This document shows positions 11,995 to 19,065 of a stretch of 24,000 nucleotides of DNA, piece by piece; the stretch's first letter is position 1; the number at the start of each line of letters is the position of its first letter. A program made the translations under genes and the position numbers. Below the pieces are notes generated by a model. It was not told the origin of the DNA. It saw nothing but the letters and a program-made list of their open reading frames with translations, and made no database searches. Source of the DNA: Crossiella equi (GTDB lineage Bacteria > Actinomycetota > Actinomycetes > Mycobacteriales > Pseudonocardiaceae); the NCBI RefSeq assembly GCF_017876755.1, contig NZ_JAGIOO010000001.1:2937786-2961785 (forward strand), written 5' to 3'.

Positions 11995-13521
11995 TCAGAA
12001 CGGCCAGTCGCCCCGGCCGGTGCGTTCGATCAGCGCGAGCTGGTCGAACGAGCGGTCGGAGAGGCCGCCGAAGGTGTGGCGGTGCGGCATGGCCGGGGTG
12101 TGGGCCGGTTCGTGGCCCGCCAGGTTCCAGGTGTAGACCGGGGTGCGGGCCGGGATCGCGCGGTGCACGTCGCCGTCGCTGTGCTGTTCGTCGGTCAGGA
12201 TCACCACGCGGTCGTGACCGGCGTAGTTGTCCCGCAGCGCACCGTGCGTGTCGGTGCCCTCGCCCAGGAAGTAGCCCTCGCGGTTCCAGCGGGCCAGGCC
12301 GACCAGCAGCGACTCGTCGCGGCGCGGCGGGAAGACCCGGTAGCCGCTGGAGTAGGACACCACGGTGGCCCGTTCCGCCCTGGCCGCCAGGGCCAGGCCG
12401 AAGGTGACCGCCGCGTCCCAGCGCAGCAGGCTGCCGCGTCCGGACAGGGGCCAGCGCATCGAGCCCGAGGTGTCGACCAGCACCAGGGTGCGGCCCGGCA
12501 GGCTCGGTACCGAGGACAGCGAGTGCCCCAGCGCGGTGTCCACTGTGGACTGCCAGCGGGGACCCGCCGCCCGGTGGGCCGACAGGAAGCGCAGGGGCAG
12601 CTGCCGGGAGCGGGCCACCTGGTCGGCGTCGGCCAGTCGTGCACCGATCGCCGCCGCGACCTCCTCCGGCAGCCCGGCCTCGTCGAAGTTGCGCAGGTTG
12701 CGCAGCAACGCCATGTAGCCCATGGACGGCACGACCGCCGCCCACGCCCGCGCGTCCAACGGGCCCTGCAACCAGCCCGCCAGCGCCTCCCACGTCATGC
12801 CCGCCGAGCGCAGTGCCGCCACCGCGTGCGCCGGGTCGGCCTCGACCAGGGCCCGGCGCCGCGCGAGCGGCAGTTCCACCAGCTCCTGCCGCGCCCGCAG
12901 CACCGGCAGCTCCGCCACCGACCCCGCGCGGTCGTGCCGCGCGTCGATCAGGTGCCGGAACAGCTTGCCCTGCAAGGCGTCCCGGGGTGTCGGGTGGGTG
13001 AGCTCCAGCACGTCGGCGAACCGGAAGGCCCGCGCCGAGGAGTCCCACTTGAGCGCCGAGCGCTCGTCGTAGAGCTCGCGGACGGCGTCGGCCACCCCGC
13101 GCTTGACCGGCTTCGGGATCGCCCGGCCGTACCGGGCGGTCCAGTAGGCCAGCAGCTCACCCGGCTCGTCCGCCCGCCGCAGCACCGAGGCCACGACCTG
13201 CCGGGACAGGCCGGGCAGACCGTGGTCGAGCCGCGTGCGGGCGAACTCGGCCGCACCGGCCAGCGCGGCCGAGCGCAGGTTCGCGCCGGACCGCAGCCAG
13301 CCGAGCAGCCGTGCCGTCCACAGTGGATCGGCCAGCGTGGCCTCGCGGACCAGTGCGGCGTAACGGGAGTCCCGCTGCTCCGCCGCCTCGTACGCGGTGT
13401 GCTCGCCGACCAGGTTGTTGACCGCCAGCAGGAAGAGCTCGGTGCGGAGGTCCCGCCCGTGCGCGACACCGCCCTCGTGCGTGCGCCGCCGGAGCCTGGT
13501 CAGCACGTTGAACTTCCCCAC
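11995..13521 (-). CDS. rsr: Ro60-related protein Rsr (TROVE domain plus vWA domain with MIDAS-like motif)
   Basis: 508 aa. GTG start preceded by GGGAGGTG. N-terminal TROVE-like region: THEGGVAHGRDLRTELFLLAVNNLVGEHTAYEAAEQRD ... MGYMALLRNLRNFDEAG. C-terminal vWA: TLVLVDTSGSM (DxSxS) ... VVILTDEQ. Further supported by the adjacent Y-RNA-like element. Confidence 0.85.
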   Translation of the reverse strand: MGKFNVLTRLRRRTHEGGVAHGRDLRTELFLLAVNNLVGEHTAYEAAEQRDSRYAALVREATLADPLWTARLLGWLRSGANLRSAALAGAAEFARTRLDHGLPGLSRQVVASVLRRADEPGELLAYWTARYGRAIPKPVKRGVADAVRELYDERSALKWDSSARAFRFADVLELTHPTPRDALQGKLFRHLIDARHDRAGSVAELPVLRARQELVELPLARRRALVEADPAHAVAALRSAGMTWEALAGWLQGPLDARAWAAVVPSMGYMALLRNLRNFDEAGLPEEVAAAIGARLADADQVARSRQLPLRFLSAHRAAGPRWQSTVDTALGHSLSSVPSLPGRTLVLVDTSGSMRWPLSGRGSLLRWDAAVTFGLALAARAERATVVSYSSGYRVFPPRRDESLLVGLARWNREGYFLGEGTDTHGALRDNYAGHDRVVILTDEQHSDGDVHRAIPARTPVYTWNLAGHEPAHTPAMPHRHTFGGLSDRSFDQLALIERTGRGDWPF

Positions 13522-13565
13522 CTCTGCTCACCTCCCGCGAATGCGAACATGACTGTGTACCAACG

Positions 13566-13717
13566 AAAAAAGTTTTGGGTGTGCCCGAGATCCAAGTCGG
13601 CGACGGTACAAACGTGCTCTGCCAAGCTGAGCTACCAGGCCCGGAGACCTGAGAGGGATTCGAACCCCCGACCTCGCCGTTCTGAGCGGAAGTAACCGTT
13701 GCCTGCGCACCGGGCAC
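13566..13717 (-). ncRNA. yrlA: YrlA-type bacterial Y RNA candidate with a circularly permuted tRNA-like domain (boundaries approximate)
   Basis: Minus strand: AGGUC, then T arm GGGGG-UUCGAAU-CCCUC (13669-13653). Next UCAGGUC (13652-13646), UCCG tetraloop (13645-13642), GGCCUGG (13641-13635), UA. Then D arm GCUC-AGCUUGGCA-GAGC (13632-13616). The flanks can pair: GUGCCCG (13717-13711) with CGGGCAC (13587-13581), and ACGGU(U)AC (13699-13692) with GUACCGU (13609-13603). A U6 tract sits at 13571-13566, 44 nt upstream of rsr. Confidence 0.75.
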
Positions 13718-13724
13718 AAGAGGA

Positions 13725-13753
13725 ACACTAGCCGGGGAACCGCGGTCCCCCAA
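13725..13753 (-). promoter_or_regulatory. Candidate promoter for the Y RNA (-35 TTGGGG, 17-bp spacer, -10 TAGTGT)
   Basis: -35 at 13753-13748 and -10 at 13730-13725. The predicted start, about 7 nt downstream, falls at G13717, the first base of the terminal helix. Hexamer matches are weak and the spacer contains the upstream gene's terminator-like hairpin. Confidence 0.3.
13734..13750 (-). terminator. Possible terminator hairpin after the TipA-like gene (GGGGAC CGCG GUUCCCC)
   Basis: Starts 9 nt after the TAA stop at 13759-13761. Followed by the moderately U-rich GGCUAGUGUUCCUCUU. Confidence 0.3.
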
Positions 13754-13758
13754 CCGAA

Positions 13759-14511
13759 TTATCCGAGCTCGCGCTCGGCGTAGACGCGCATCGCGTCCCG
13801 GATGAACTCGGCGGTACCGGCACCGAACTGCTCGTAGTTCCTGGTGAACCGCTCGTCCGCGACGTACAGCTCACCGATCCCGGCGAACTGCGCCGCGGTC
13901 GGCCGACGCCCCTGCCAGCCCGCCACGACCCACTCGTAGTGCCGCGCCACCACGGCCTGCACCTCGGCGTCCCCGGCGTCCTTGCCCGAGGCGGCCGCGG
14001 CGGCCAGCGCCGTGGCGATCTCCTCCTGCTCCCGGAAGTGCGCGCGCCGCCCGTCCTCGCCGAGCTCACGCCACCACCGGTCACCACGCGCGTAGGTCTC
14101 CTTCCCCCAGCGCCGCGTGACCTCTTCCTCGTACCGCGTGTGGTCAAAACCGTCGAACACCTCGGCGGCCATCAGTGGTTCACCTCTCTCCGTCTTCCGC
14201 AACGTCGTCCGCACCGACTCGATCTGCCGCCCGATGCGCTGCCGCTCCTGTTCGAGCAGCGCCAGGTGGGTGCGCAGCGCGGCGACGGTGTCCCGCTGCC
14301 CGCCGAGCACCTCGGCGATCGCCGGGAGGCCCAGGCCCAGCTCGCGCAGCAGCAGGATGCGCTGCAGGCGCACGAGCGAGTCCTCGTCGTAGAAGCGGTA
14401 GCCGTTGCGGCCGACGCGGCTCGGCGGCAGCAGCCCCAGCTCGCCGTAGTGGCGGAGCGTGCGGCTGGTGGTGCCCGCCGAGCGCGCGAGGTCCTGGATC
14501 GACCACTCCAC
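13759..14511 (-). CDS. MerR-family transcriptional regulator, TipAL-like (N-terminal MerR HTH plus C-terminal TipAS antibiotic-recognition domain)
   Basis: Trimmed from ORF 13759..14949 to the GTG at 14511 (GGGAGG lies 8 nt upstream; an alternative GTG is at 14520). HTH region: WSIQDLARSAGTTSRTLRHYGELGLLPPSRVGRNGYRFYDEDSLVRLQRILLLRELGLGLPAI. TipAS-like tail: ...RWGKETYA...ELYVADERFTRNYEQFGAGTAEFIRDAM. About 250 aa, similar in size to TipAL. Confidence 0.85.
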   Translation of the reverse strand: MEWSIQDLARSAGTTSRTLRHYGELGLLPPSRVGRNGYRFYDEDSLVRLQRILLLRELGLGLPAIAEVLGGQRDTVAALRTHLALLEQERQRIGRQIESVRTTLRKTERGEPLMAAEVFDGFDHTRYEEEVTRRWGKETYARGDRWWRELGEDGRRAHFREQEEIATALAAAAASGKDAGDAEVQAVVARHYEWVVAGWQGRRPTAAQFAGIGELYVADERFTRNYEQFGAGTAEFIRDAMRVYAERELG

Positions 14512-14545
14512 CGCGCCCACCTCCCTCGTCGTTCGGACGAGAACC

Positions 14546-14576
14546 ACGGTAGAAGTTGACGCAGCGTCAAGGTCAA
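14546..14576 (-). promoter_or_regulatory. MerR-type promoter: -35 TTGACC, 19-bp spacer containing the 7-1-7 palindrome TTGACGC-T-GCGTCAA, -10 TACCGT
   Basis: On the minus strand: -35 at 14576-14571, palindrome at 14570-14556, -10 at 14551-14546. The overlong 19-bp spacer with the dyad inside it is the hallmark of MerR/TipA autoregulated promoters. Confidence 0.65.
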
Positions 14577-14590
14577 GCCGCGAAACCGGG

Positions 14591-15352
14591 TTAGCCCGAT
14601 GCGGTGGCCAGGCGTTGCAGCGCCCACAGCTGGGCGGTGGCGTCCCGGCTGCCCGCGAGCGTGACCGCGCGGTCGGGCATGCGGCCCCACAGCCACAGGT
14701 AGACCGCCATCGGGTCGCCGGTGACCAGCCCGTCCGCCCCCGCGGCCTCGGTGGCCGAGACCCGCTCGGCGACGGTGCCCTCCGGGCCGGTGTGCACCAG
14801 CCAGGCGTGCCCGCCGCAGCGCACGCCGACGGTGGCGCGCCGCGGGCCGGTGATGCCCAGGCGGCCGAGGCGGTAGCCCAGCCACAGCAGCAGCGCCTCG
14901 TCCACGCCGTCCACGGCGAACTCGGGCGCCACCTCCAGCAGCGGCGCACCGGCCGCGGCCTGCGCGTCCACCCGGTGCAGCGTGGACTCGTGCGCCAGCC
15001 GCCGCCGCCAGAACCCGTAGCTCGTGTCAGCGGGCCACCAGGTCGGGCAGGGCGCGTACGCGTCGTGCGCGGCCAGCTCGCCGACCAGCACGGCCAGCCC
15101 GGTGCGCACCTGCTCCACCGGCGTGCCGGGCGGTTCGCCGACGACCAGCGGCGGCGCGCCGGTGCGGATCCAGCTCACCGCGAGCCGGTAGCCGAGCGCG
15201 GCCGCGCGGACCGCCTCGCCGAGCGTGCGCCGCGGCCAGGCGGGCACGGCGCTGCCGAGGTCGGCCCCGGCAGCGCACGCGGCGAGCAGTTCCCCTTCGT
15301 TCTGGAGCGTGTCGAGCAGCTGGGACGGATCGACGAGTGCCTGCGCGCTCAC
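14591..15352 (-). CDS. Maleylpyruvate isomerase-family (DinB-fold) mycothiol-dependent-enzyme-like protein
   Basis: Trimmed from ORF 14591..15505 to the GTG at 15352, which overlaps the upstream stop as GTGA. 253 aa. Contains FWRRRLAHESTLHRVDAQAA (the family E...H metal motif) and a C-terminal GDPMAVYLWLWGR segment typical of this actinobacterial family. Confidence 0.7.
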   Translation of the reverse strand: MSAQALVDPSQLLDTLQNEGELLAACAAGADLGSAVPAWPRRTLGEAVRAAALGYRLAVSWIRTGAPPLVVGEPPGTPVEQVRTGLAVLVGELAAHDAYAPCPTWWPADTSYGFWRRRLAHESTLHRVDAQAAAGAPLLEVAPEFAVDGVDEALLLWLGYRLGRLGITGPRRATVGVRCGGHAWLVHTGPEGTVAERVSATEAAGADGLVTGDPMAVYLWLWGRMPDRAVTLAGSRDATAQLWALQRLATASG

Positions 15353-15822
15353 CTGTCTGCCTCGTGCAGGACCCGCTCGGCGAGCACGAGGAAGTCCTCG
15401 GTCTGCCGCAGCAGGTCGTCGGCGTCGCGCTGGGTGACCAGGCGGGTGATGCCCGCCTGCACCTGGGCCCGCCGCTGCGAGCCCGAGGCGTAAAACGCGG
15501 CCCATTCCCGCAGCTCAGGGGCCGCGTTGGCGAGCAGCACCCACACGCTGGTGGGCTTGGCCCGGCCCGGCCGGGGCTTGGCGCGGATGGCCAGCACCGA
15601 GGCGGCCGCGCGCAGGGCGGCCAGGTGGGCCACCGCGTAGCGCTCGGCGGGCTGGGGCTCGCGACGGGCCGACTCGAGGCCGCGCTGGGCCTGGGCGAGC
15701 AGCCCGGCGGCGGCCACCGGCCCGGTGCGCGGGCGGTAGGGGAACTCGGGGGCGCTGCGGCTCACGAGCGCGCCGGAGCGACCAGCGGTGGAGTGTCGAG
15801 GGAAGGGAATGGAAACAGTCAT
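15349..15822 (-). CDS. SAV_6107-family HEPN-like domain protein
   Basis: Trimmed to the ATG at 15822, with GAGGAGG 6 nt upstream. 157 aa. The sequence ERYAVAHLAALRAAASVLAIRAKPRP...VWVLLANAAPELREWAAFYASGSQRRAQVQAGITRLVTQRDADDLLRQTEDFL matches my memory of that family. No Rx4-6H motif is visible. Confidence 0.65.
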   Translation of the reverse strand: MTVSIPFPRHSTAGRSGALVSRSAPEFPYRPRTGPVAAAGLLAQAQRGLESARREPQPAERYAVAHLAALRAAASVLAIRAKPRPGRAKPTSVWVLLANAAPELREWAAFYASGSQRRAQVQAGITRLVTQRDADDLLRQTEDFLVLAERVLHEADR

Positions 15823-15937
15823 CACGGCCTCCTCGAACGACGTCAGACGACGACTCCGCTGAGGGGAAGCCAGCGGTGCCGGGCGGCGAGGTGCTTCCCC
15901 CACCCCGCCGCCCGGCTTCGTCCGTACGCACGCCCTC

Positions 15938-15953
15938 TCGAACACGCGTTCGA
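15938..15953. promoter_or_regulatory. LexA SOS box, perfect match to the actinobacterial consensus TCGAAC-N4-GTTCGA
   Basis: The sequence is TCGAACACGCGTTCGA. It lies in the divergent intergenic region, 116 nt upstream of the HEPN-like ATG and 97 nt upstream of the GNAT GTG. On the minus strand a candidate promoter sits just upstream: TTGAGC (15991-15986), 18 bp, TAGGCT (15967-15962). The box would therefore cover the predicted +1. Confidence 0.6.
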
Positions 15954-16049
15954 ACGAGTGCAGCCTAACCCGGGGGACCGACAGAGCTCAACCCGTCTCG
16001 GCGTGGGGCGGAACACCGTCCGGCCACGCGGTCATGGTCTGATGGGACG

Positions 16050-16625
16050 GTGAGCGCAGCAGAGCACCCGGGCATCAGCGAGACCGTCGTCGACCTCAGC
16101 GCCGACGACCTCCGCCTCCGCCTCGGCGAGGCGCTGGCGCTCTACGTGGCCGCGATGCGCTACCCGCCGAGCACGGTGCAGCAGCGGGCGCCGATGTGGC
16201 TCGCGCACATGGTGCGGGCGGGCTGGCGCTGCGTGGGCGTCTTCGACGAGCAGGGCGCGCTGGCCGGGGTCGGCTACGGCTACCGGGGCGCCACCGGGCA
16301 GTGGTGGCACGAGCAGGTGCGGCGCGGGCTCACCGCGGTGGCCCCCCCGGAGTCCGTGCAGCACTGGATGAGCGACTACTTCGAGCTGACCGAGCTGCAC
16401 GTGCGCCCGGACGCGCAGGGCCGGGGCCTGGGCGAGCGGCTGCTGCGCGCGCTGCTCTCCCGCACCGACTCCGGCACGGTGCTGCTGAGCACCCCGGAGG
16501 GCCCGTCCCGGGCGTGGAAGCTGTACCGGCGGCTCGGGTTCGAGGACGTGTTGCGGCACTACACCTTCACCGGGGACCCCCGGCCCTTCGCCGTGCTGGG
16601 CCGGAGGCTCCCGGTTCAGGACTGA
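16050..16625 (+). CDS. GNAT-family N-acetyltransferase
   Basis: 191 aa with a GTG start. Acetyl-CoA motif: ELHVRPDAQGRGLGERLLRALL ... AWKLYRRLGF. Its position is equivalent to Rv2170 in the M. tuberculosis lppM neighbourhood. Confidence 0.8.
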   Translation: MSAAEHPGISETVVDLSADDLRLRLGEALALYVAAMRYPPSTVQQRAPMWLAHMVRAGWRCVGVFDEQGALAGVGYGYRGATGQWWHEQVRRGLTAVAPPESVQHWMSDYFELTELHVRPDAQGRGLGERLLRALLSRTDSGTVLLSTPEGPSRAWKLYRRLGFEDVLRHYTFTGDPRPFAVLGRRLPVQD

Positions 16626-16640
16626 GTCACGCCCGGCCCG

Positions 16641-18317
16641 TCACGCCTGGCGCAGGCGCTCGCGCAGCAGGTCCAGGCCCATCGCGCCCATGCGCAGCGC
16701 GCGCTCGTGGAAGCGCTTGAGGTCGAACTCGGCGCCTTCGCGCTGCTTGGCCTCGTCGCGGGCCTGCAACCACAGTCGCTCACCGAGCTTGTAGGAGGGC
16801 GCCTGGCCCGCCCAGCCGAGGTAGCGGTCGATCTCGTCGCGCACGTGCGTGGCGTCGGTGATCGTGCGGGTGAGCATGAACTCCAGGCCCAGCTCCGGCG
16901 TCCACCGCTCGCCCGGGTGGAAGCCCGACCCGGCCGGGATGCGCAGCTCCAGATGCATGCCGATGTCCACGATCACGCGGGCGGCGCGGAACAGGTGCGC
17001 GTCCAGCATGCCGAGCAGGTTGCCGTCGTCGTTGAGGTAGCCCAGCTCGCGCATGAGCCGCTCGGCGTACAGGGCCCAGCCCTCGCCGTGCCCGGACACC
17101 CAGCACAGCAGGCGCTGGAAGGTGTTCAGGCGCTGCGCCTCGTGCACCGCGGTGGCGATCTGCAGGTGGTGACCCGGCACGCCCTCGTGGTAGACGGTGG
17201 ACACCTCGCGCCAGGTGGAGAACTCCTCCTTGTCCGCGGGCACCGACCACCACATGCGGCCCGGGCGGGAGAAGTCGTCGGTGGGCCCGGTGTAGTAGGC
17301 GCCGACGCTGCCGCCGGGCGGCGCGATGCGGCACTCCAGGGCCATCAGGCGTTCGGGGATCTCGAAGTGCACACCGCCGAGGTCGGCCAGCGCGCGGTCG
17401 GACAGGTCCTGCATCCACGCCTGGAACGCGTCCTGGCCGTGCACGCGGTAGCGCGGGTCGGCGTCCAGCGCGGCGGCGGCCTCGGCCAGCGTGGCACCCG
17501 GCTTGATCCGCCCGGCCACCTGCTTCATCTCGGCCTCGACGCGGGAGAACTCCTCCCAGCCCCAGTCGTAGGCCTCCTGGAGGTCCAGGTCGGCGCCGGT
17601 GAAGAAGCGCGAGCACAGCTGGTAGGTCTCGGCACCGACCGCGTCCTTCTCCGGCGCGGTCCTGGCCAGGTCCTCGCGCAGGAAGCGCCCGAACCCGGCG
17701 TAGGCGGCGGAGGCGGCCTCGGCGTGCGTGCGCAGCTCGGTCAGCAGGGTGGGGCTGATCCCCTCGACGGTGTTCGCGGCGGCGACGAACCCGGCGAAGA
17801 AGGAGTCCCCGCCGCGCTGCCCGGCCCAGGTCTCGCACTGCTCGGCGACGCGGCGGACCTGGCGGATGGCGGCGGTGCGGCCCTGGGCCGCGGAGTGGGT
17901 GAGGGCGGCCTTGACCTGGTCCAGCGCGGTGCCCATGCCGGACAGGCGGGTGCTGATCACGGCCCAGTCCTGCTCGGTGGCGCTGGGCATGAGGTCGAAG
18001 GTCTGGCGCAGCTCGTGCACGGGGCTGGCGATGACGTTGAGCTCGCTGGCGTCCAGCCCGGCCTCGTGGCGCTCCAGGGTGAGGCCGACGCGCTCTGAGA
18101 ACACCTCCTTGGCCGCCTGCTCGTCCGCGTTCGCGGCCTCGGTGGCCCGCAGGTCGCGGAGCGCGGTGCGGGCCAGCTCGGCGCGGCCGTCGTGCCCGTC
18201 CGGGGAGTAGTCGGTGAGCTGGTGGTCGTGGCCGGGGACGCCGAGGTAGGTGGCGGTGTTCGGGTCGAGCGCGGCCAGGTCGCGGACGTAGCGCTCGCTG
18301 ATCTCGTGGACGGACAT
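16641..18317 (-). CDS. DUF885-family protein (putative metallopeptidase-like)
   Basis: Trimmed from ORF 16641..18626 to the ATG at 18317 (MSVHEISERYVRDLAALDP). 558 aa. Contains YHEGVPGHHLQ and GEGWALYAERLM, both characteristic of DUF885. Confidence 0.8.
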   Translation of the reverse strand: MSVHEISERYVRDLAALDPNTATYLGVPGHDHQLTDYSPDGHDGRAELARTALRDLRATEAANADEQAAKEVFSERVGLTLERHEAGLDASELNVIASPVHELRQTFDLMPSATEQDWAVISTRLSGMGTALDQVKAALTHSAAQGRTAAIRQVRRVAEQCETWAGQRGGDSFFAGFVAAANTVEGISPTLLTELRTHAEAASAAYAGFGRFLREDLARTAPEKDAVGAETYQLCSRFFTGADLDLQEAYDWGWEEFSRVEAEMKQVAGRIKPGATLAEAAAALDADPRYRVHGQDAFQAWMQDLSDRALADLGGVHFEIPERLMALECRIAPPGGSVGAYYTGPTDDFSRPGRMWWSVPADKEEFSTWREVSTVYHEGVPGHHLQIATAVHEAQRLNTFQRLLCWVSGHGEGWALYAERLMRELGYLNDDGNLLGMLDAHLFRAARVIVDIGMHLELRIPAGSGFHPGERWTPELGLEFMLTRTITDATHVRDEIDRYLGWAGQAPSYKLGERLWLQARDEAKQREGAEFDLKRFHERALRMGAMGLDLLRERLRQA

Positions 18318-18399
18318 GGCTCCAGACGCTACCGGCTCGGTTCCACTTCTTTGTGCGCGAGCAAGGACACCGCGCCGTCCCGGCTGGCAGGATGACGCC

Positions 18400-19065
18400 G
18401 TGTCCCTGTCCCGGCGCCTGTTCGCCCTGCCCCTGCTGGGACTGCTGTGCGCCTTCCTGATGTCCGGGTGCGTCAAGGCCACGATGACCATGGCGGTCTC
18501 CGAGGACGACCGGGTCTCCGGTGAGCTGGTGCTGCTGACGCTGCCCGCGCGGGAGGGCGACCTCGGCCCGCAGCTGAAGGTGCCCGCCGAGCTGGCCAGC
18601 CGCGTGCGCTCGCTGCCGCACGGCAAGGACGGCTACCACGGCTCGCAGCTGTTCTTCAGCGCGCTGACCTTCGAGGAGCTGCGCCAGCTGTCGGCGGCCA
18701 CCGAGCTGCTCTCCACCAACTACAAGCTCCAGCTGCGCCGCTCGGGCGGGCTGGTCACGCTGAGCGGCTCGGTCGACCTGAGCGCGCTGTCGGCGGAGAA
18801 CACCGACGTGCGGCTGCGGGTGAGCTTCCCGGGCCGGGTCGCGAGCACCAACGGCAAGCAGGAGGCCGACGGCATCTCCTGGGCGCCCAAGGCGGGGCAG
18901 ATCAGCGAGCTGTCGGCCACCGTGTCCTACGCCGACCAGCGCACCGAGTCCTGGCAGTACTGGGCGATCGTGGTCGCCTCGGGCTCCGGCGCGGTGGCCC
19001 TGCTGGTGTACGTGCTGGCCTTCCTCGCCCACCGCCGCTACGTGGCCCGTCTGGAGGAGGCCTGA
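18400..19065 (+). CDS. lppM: LppM-family lipoprotein (lipobox plus C-terminal TM anchor)
   Basis: In-frame GTG at 18400. Signal peptide and lipobox: SRRLFALPLLGLLCAFLMSGC. Mature N-terminus VKATMTMAVSEDDRVSGELVL. C-terminal TM YWAIVVASGSGAVALLVYVLAFLA. Synteny with Rv2171. Confidence 0.7.
   Translation: MSLSRRLFALPLLGLLCAFLMSGCVKATMTMAVSEDDRVSGELVLLTLPAREGDLGPQLKVPAELASRVRSLPHGKDGYHGSQLFFSALTFEELRQLSAATELLSTNYKLQLRRSGGLVTLSGSVDLSALSAENTDVRLRVSFPGRVASTNGKQEADGISWAPKAGQISELSATVSYADQRTESWQYWAIVVASGSGAVALLVYVLAFLAHRRYVARLEEA

Noticed and set aside
12041-12060. Additional SOS-box-like half sites (TCGAAC-GAGC-GGTCGG here; TCGAAC-GACG-TCAGAC at 15832-15847)
   Set aside because: The second half-site matches only 4/6 or fewer positions. 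One site lies inside the rsr coding region. Neither is credible as a LexA site.
13616-13674. A canonical tRNA gene on the minus strand
   Set aside because: The T arm lies 5' of the D arm. The acceptor strands are joined by a 4-nt loop rather than being the transcript ends. No 5-bp anticodon stem or downstream T arm/acceptor 3' strand follows the D arm; only a 3-bp ACG/CGU stem with loop UUUGUAC can form there. It cannot be a standard tRNA.
13566-13717. Two-piece (permuted) tmRNA
   Set aside because: Permuted tmRNAs are known from other phyla and carry a tag reading frame and pseudoknots. Here there is a full D arm, no plausible tag ORF, and immediate adjacency to rsr, which fits a Y RNA much better.
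13528-13728. 66-aa minus ORF, plus 13157..13753, overlapping the rsr upstream region
   Set aside because: No SD, poor GC3 signal, and the region is fully explained by the structured RNA.
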